From NCBI GenBank assembly GCA_976226885.1, contig OZ320313.1:87668001-87732000 (forward strand): a DNA stretch of 64,000 bases, read 5' to 3'. Made by a program: the position numbers and the translations under genes. Shown one piece after another: positions 60,227-64,000 of the stretch (position 1 is the stretch's first letter; each line of letters starts with the position of its first letter). This stretch comes from Iphione sp. A-MEVVRFRX5. Taxonomy: Eukaryota. The notes under the pieces are model-generated. The model was not told the DNA's origin, did not search any database, and saw nothing but the letters and a program-made list of their open reading frames with translations.

Positions 60227-62888
60227 CAGATGTGCCGTTACCCCAACCTACTGGAGCAGCAGCAGCGATGGCGGGTTGGCTGCGATAATGATATAGCATT
60301 GTAGTCTGGGCGAGTCGGTGGCCGGGGGCGCTGTGAGCGGAATGTGACTGTGCTTCGTTAAACCGAGTCGGAGCCGCCCTGTCAGCGACATCCATGCCTG
60401 CTTGTGCTTTTGCTGCGTGCTCATTATTTATACAGATTTCATCGCCAGAGGAGGCATACTGCCATCTCGGAGTCAGTAAGGGTAGCGGCAGGAGGTGTCG
60501 GTGCGGGGAAAACCCTGGTGATGTCATTACTGACGTTCCCAGCCAGAGACCGTTGGCAGTCAGCAAGCGTCGCGCCGTCAGTTGACGCGTTTGCAGCTCC
60601 GTCGGTGGGCGGCTACCACACGTGGGGCTGCATCCGTAAGAACAGGCCAGCAGTGACAACACCATATGTGGGCTGGCCCCACAGCAACCCTCAGCCATCT
60701 CTACACGCCGGTCGTTCCCAGGCCACAGACTGTAGCAAGGACCCACACTGCTCAGTCTATGTAGACGGCTGCACCAACGACTTTCCGTTGCCAGCCTAGC
60801 AACGAAGGACATCTCCAGGGCCAAGATCACCGACAGCGGCTAGACCGCCTGACTCGTTTTCCTCGTATAGAGACCATGCCAGCGCCTGCAGGACACCCGG
60901 CAGAATGGCGGTGGCCCAGGCTCCATCGTGCTGCCTTGGGTGATACTGATTTAGTGGAGTTTACGCATACATATTACCAACTGCTGTTTATTGCGATCAC
61001 AGGATAACAACTGGAAACCGGGACCTTACTGGTGAATGTATAACAGGCAGTCTTAGCTGAATGTGACTGGTTGACATATATACCGGAAAGTATCCGCTAA
61101 CCCATTTAACCACATCGATATCTTCTTTCTCTATATACGGTTTGGTGAACAGCGTTGACATTACTGCTTCATTGAAATACCATGACTGTCCAGTTCTGAA
61201 TATAATATGAAACCAAAACCAAGTGAAACTAATAATAGTGTTCTGATGTTATCAGGATAAGATAGGACGCTAACCAACTGTAAAGCGGGCTGCCGGGCTG
61301 CTTGATATTGTTCGGTCTTTTTCCGTAAAATTCCCTTTTCTACGTTTGGAATATGTCAAGCCCTTTCACTTTTAAACCAATTTCCTCAGCTGCATTCTGC
61401 CCAAGGTCAGGTTGTATTGGTTTGCTCAAGATTTAGGATTCTAATTTCGTTGGATGTTGTCCAATGGATTCGGCGTATGGTTCAGTTGGATGTGGGCACC
61501 TACGACTGTCACTGTTGATATCTAAACAACACACTGAGCTCCAGCAATTGCAAGGATCCAGTACAGCGCGCTGGGCCGTTGCTGATTGCTTGACAGAGGC
61601 GAACGGATCGAAGTGGCCCGGGACTGTGGATTATGCAGTCACGCCCAGCGTGCAGGCGCACATGGAGAGCAGCACCGGAACAAGCAATGCAGCGACCGAC
61701 ATAAGCGAAGACCATCACCTGGTTATCAAAACAAACCGGCCTTGACGCATTCCTGGTCAATATTCCATCAGTTGGTTTTCTACGACCGCCACATCCTTCC
61801 TCAGTATCAACCACCTGTTTCGCTGCATTTTTACTGCCCGCCGCTAGGAGGTGCTTTAGGCAGCTTCACTTGTTTGACATGGACTGGCCAAGTCCCATCA
61901 CGTGGCTCTTCATGCAGCAGACAAGTCCTAATAACGTGAGCGCCAGTGTCTGATTACGTAGCATACACACAAACATTGGCTGTCCTGCCAGGCTCATGCC
62001 TGTGCCAACCGAGCTCCATCTGTATAGATGAGAAGCGACAAACACTGGAGTCTATATCATCACGATATAACTATGGTGACCTAGCAATCTGGCCTTGTAT
62101 AATCATCTGTGGTACCTTCCATATGCCATAACCGAAATGGGATTAGCGAAGAGTTCATTCGTTCAGTAACTATGATGTGCATCGTATAGATAGTCATTAG
62201 ATAGTTATCATATTGTGTGTTTTCATCTGCATTTACAATATGATAAAGTCGTCACAAATGATATAGCCATGTACAAATAAGTATATTTATATGTTTATAC
62301 ATATATATATATATGTGTGTCGTGATAGAACATTGCTTGTACATTGTAATTAGTCATACACATGTAGCTGTCCACTGACAAAATCGACTTGACCAGGTTG
62401 TTAATATTTTATTGTTTCGTCACTGTTATCGTTACAAGCAAACGCACTGATTTTACATTCGTACTGCAGTATGTTACAAATTCAGCAAATATGTTACGCT
62501 AAGTGTGATATTCTATCATCTGCAAAGATACATTCTGTGTCAAATATGTTTATAAGAATTTGAAGCAACAAAGTGAAGTACATTGTATGTTGTGAAATCG
62601 GTGCGCAATGATATGTTTTCTTGAATTGTGCCTACGAATATATCGCAACCTGTATTGCCCGGTGAACAAGTGTAGATGTGCAATTTAAATCTACAATACA
62701 CACGCTACTGTTGATATTCATCCATATTCGATAGAATATATCAGTCGTAGAGTCTGTGTCACGTATATACGTATATATATGCATGTATATAACAAACTTT
62801 AGTCAAATCGTTATTCGTAGGACGTCCAGGAAACGTACATAAAGGTCTTATGCAACTATGTAAGTAAATTAATAATTGATTCAAGGCA

Positions 62889-64000
62889 ATGGCTGACAAG
62901 GACCACTCTGGGCTGACCAATTGTAAATACGTTGTCGAAGACGGCAATGGGAGGACGGTAGTTGGTGGGTCCCGAATACCTGTATGTAGTGATGAGGGTA
63001 TCCAGACAGAGCGACAAAGTGTTGGGTCATCAGCTTGTTCCACCAGGATGCCGGCTATTGGACGAGGAAACTCTACGTCGACAACGACGCATACCGTGGA
63101 CGGGAGCCGTCCTAACACAATATCGGGGGCCTCAACGCAGACGCCAAGGCCCGCCAGACTTAGCCTTGGGGTAGGGACCGGAAAGGAAGGTTTCAGGAGG
63201 GGTAGCGGTTTGCCCCGCCTTACCACTACTAACACGACTTTGACCACATCCATTCCATGTCGTATTCCGGCTGCCTCCAGTCGGCAGGCCAGCAGTACTG
63301 GCCTCAAGACCGGCGTTGACGGCACCCGAAAGACCGGCACTGTGAACTCTGCCTCTGCTCCCAGGACCAATCCTAAGCCAGAGCGGGCCTCAGTAGCAAC
63401 TCGAACTAATCCCGCTGCCCCGCGCCCTGCCTCCTTTGTGGTCGAGACAGATCCAGAGGACAGGTTGAGGTGCAGACTGGCGAGCGATGGAGGCAGAGAC
63501 GGAAAGGTTTCCACGCAGCCCGCTGTCATTGTAGCAGACGATAGTGCGGGGCCATCTCCTCCTGTGGGGACTGCCCTAGAAGCCCCTTCTAACGCCAAGC
63601 CACCCGTGGAAGTGCCACTTGGAGGTGGTCCCAAGCCTCGATCCAGACTTGTACCTCCATCAAACTACACCAGTAGCTCTGGAGGTAGTGTTGGAGGGGG
63701 CGGCCCTGCCAGAACCACTGCTAAGGTACAAAACCCTGGTAATGTGGGCAATAGACGGCGCTCTCGGCTGGGGTCTTCGGGGCCGAATGTGGGCCCCGAG
63801 CACAGACGATCTGTAAAATGTTCCCAGGTTCCCAGCGCCTCGGACACTGACGACCAGCTAGAACAGAATAGTGAAAGCCGTCAGACAAGCACCAAGTCGC
63901 CTTCTAGTCCCGAATCGAACCCGGTGTTGAGACCACCGAGGCCTCCGCGACTGATCCCTCGAAGAATTAACACTTCGGATAAACCTAAGGGCACAAGCAA
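62889..64000 (+). CDS. Large exon or ORF (370+ codons, continues past the window) encoding a S/T/P/G/R-rich, probably disordered region, MADKDHSGLTNCKYVVEDGNGRTVV...
   Basis: No stop from ATG 62889 (gcaATGG context, AG just upstream at 62884-62885) to the window end; sharp GC rise; absent from the ORF track because no stop is in the window. Confidence 0.75.
   Translation, partial: MADKDHSGLTNCKYVVEDGNGRTVVGGSRIPVCSDEGIQTERQSVGSSACSTRMPAIGRGNSTSTTTHTVDGSRPNTISGASTQTPRPARLSLGVGTGKEGFRRGSGLPRLTTTNTTLTTSIPCRIPAASSRQASSTGLKTGVDGTRKTGTVNSASAPRTNPKPERASVATRTNPAAPRPASFVVETDPEDRLRCRLASDGGRDGKVSTQPAVIVADDSAGPSPPVGTALEAPSNAKPPVEVPLGGGPKPRSRLVPPSNYTSSSGGSVGGGGPARTTAKVQNPGNVGNRRRSRLGSSGPNVGPEHRRSVKCSQVPSASDTDDQLEQNSESRQTSTKSPSSPESNPVLRPPRPPRLIPRRINTSDKPKGTS

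Noticed and set aside
60487-60516. GGVGAGKT, a P-loop (Walker A) look-alike
   Set aside because: No preceding hydrophobic beta-strand, no Walker B and no NTPase context; likely chance in a Gly/Ala-rich frame.
62759-63634. 291-aa minus-strand ORF
   Set aside because: Antisense shadow of the longer plus-strand ORF starting at 62889.

Overview
Eukaryotic genomic DNA: AT-rich, intron-containing and rich in MITEs. It looks like an invertebrate genome, and amphioxus is plausible, but that is inference only. The main feature is a complete 17-coding-exon NADPH oxidase 4 (NOX4)-like gene on the + strand (ATG 5025, stop 25722; 1683 nt, 560 aa). I assembled it by hand from GT-AG exons, most of which the ORF track misses. 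All four heme histidines and the FAD/NADPH motifs are present, but the E-loop is short, the B-loop is not basic and several motifs are substituted. Intron 9 holds a decayed antisense Ty3/Gypsy element. The window also has PIF/Harbinger-type MITEs (TAA/TTA target-site duplications, TSDs), Tc1/mariner-type MITEs (TA TSDs), a tRNA-derived SINE, a 115-nt near-perfect hairpin, mini- and microsatellites and a 199-N assembly gap. Between 28 and 62 kb there are several candidate exons I cannot assign to a known protein. A 370+ codon low-complexity ORF starts at 62889 and runs off the right edge. No CRISPR array, rRNA or intact tRNA was seen.
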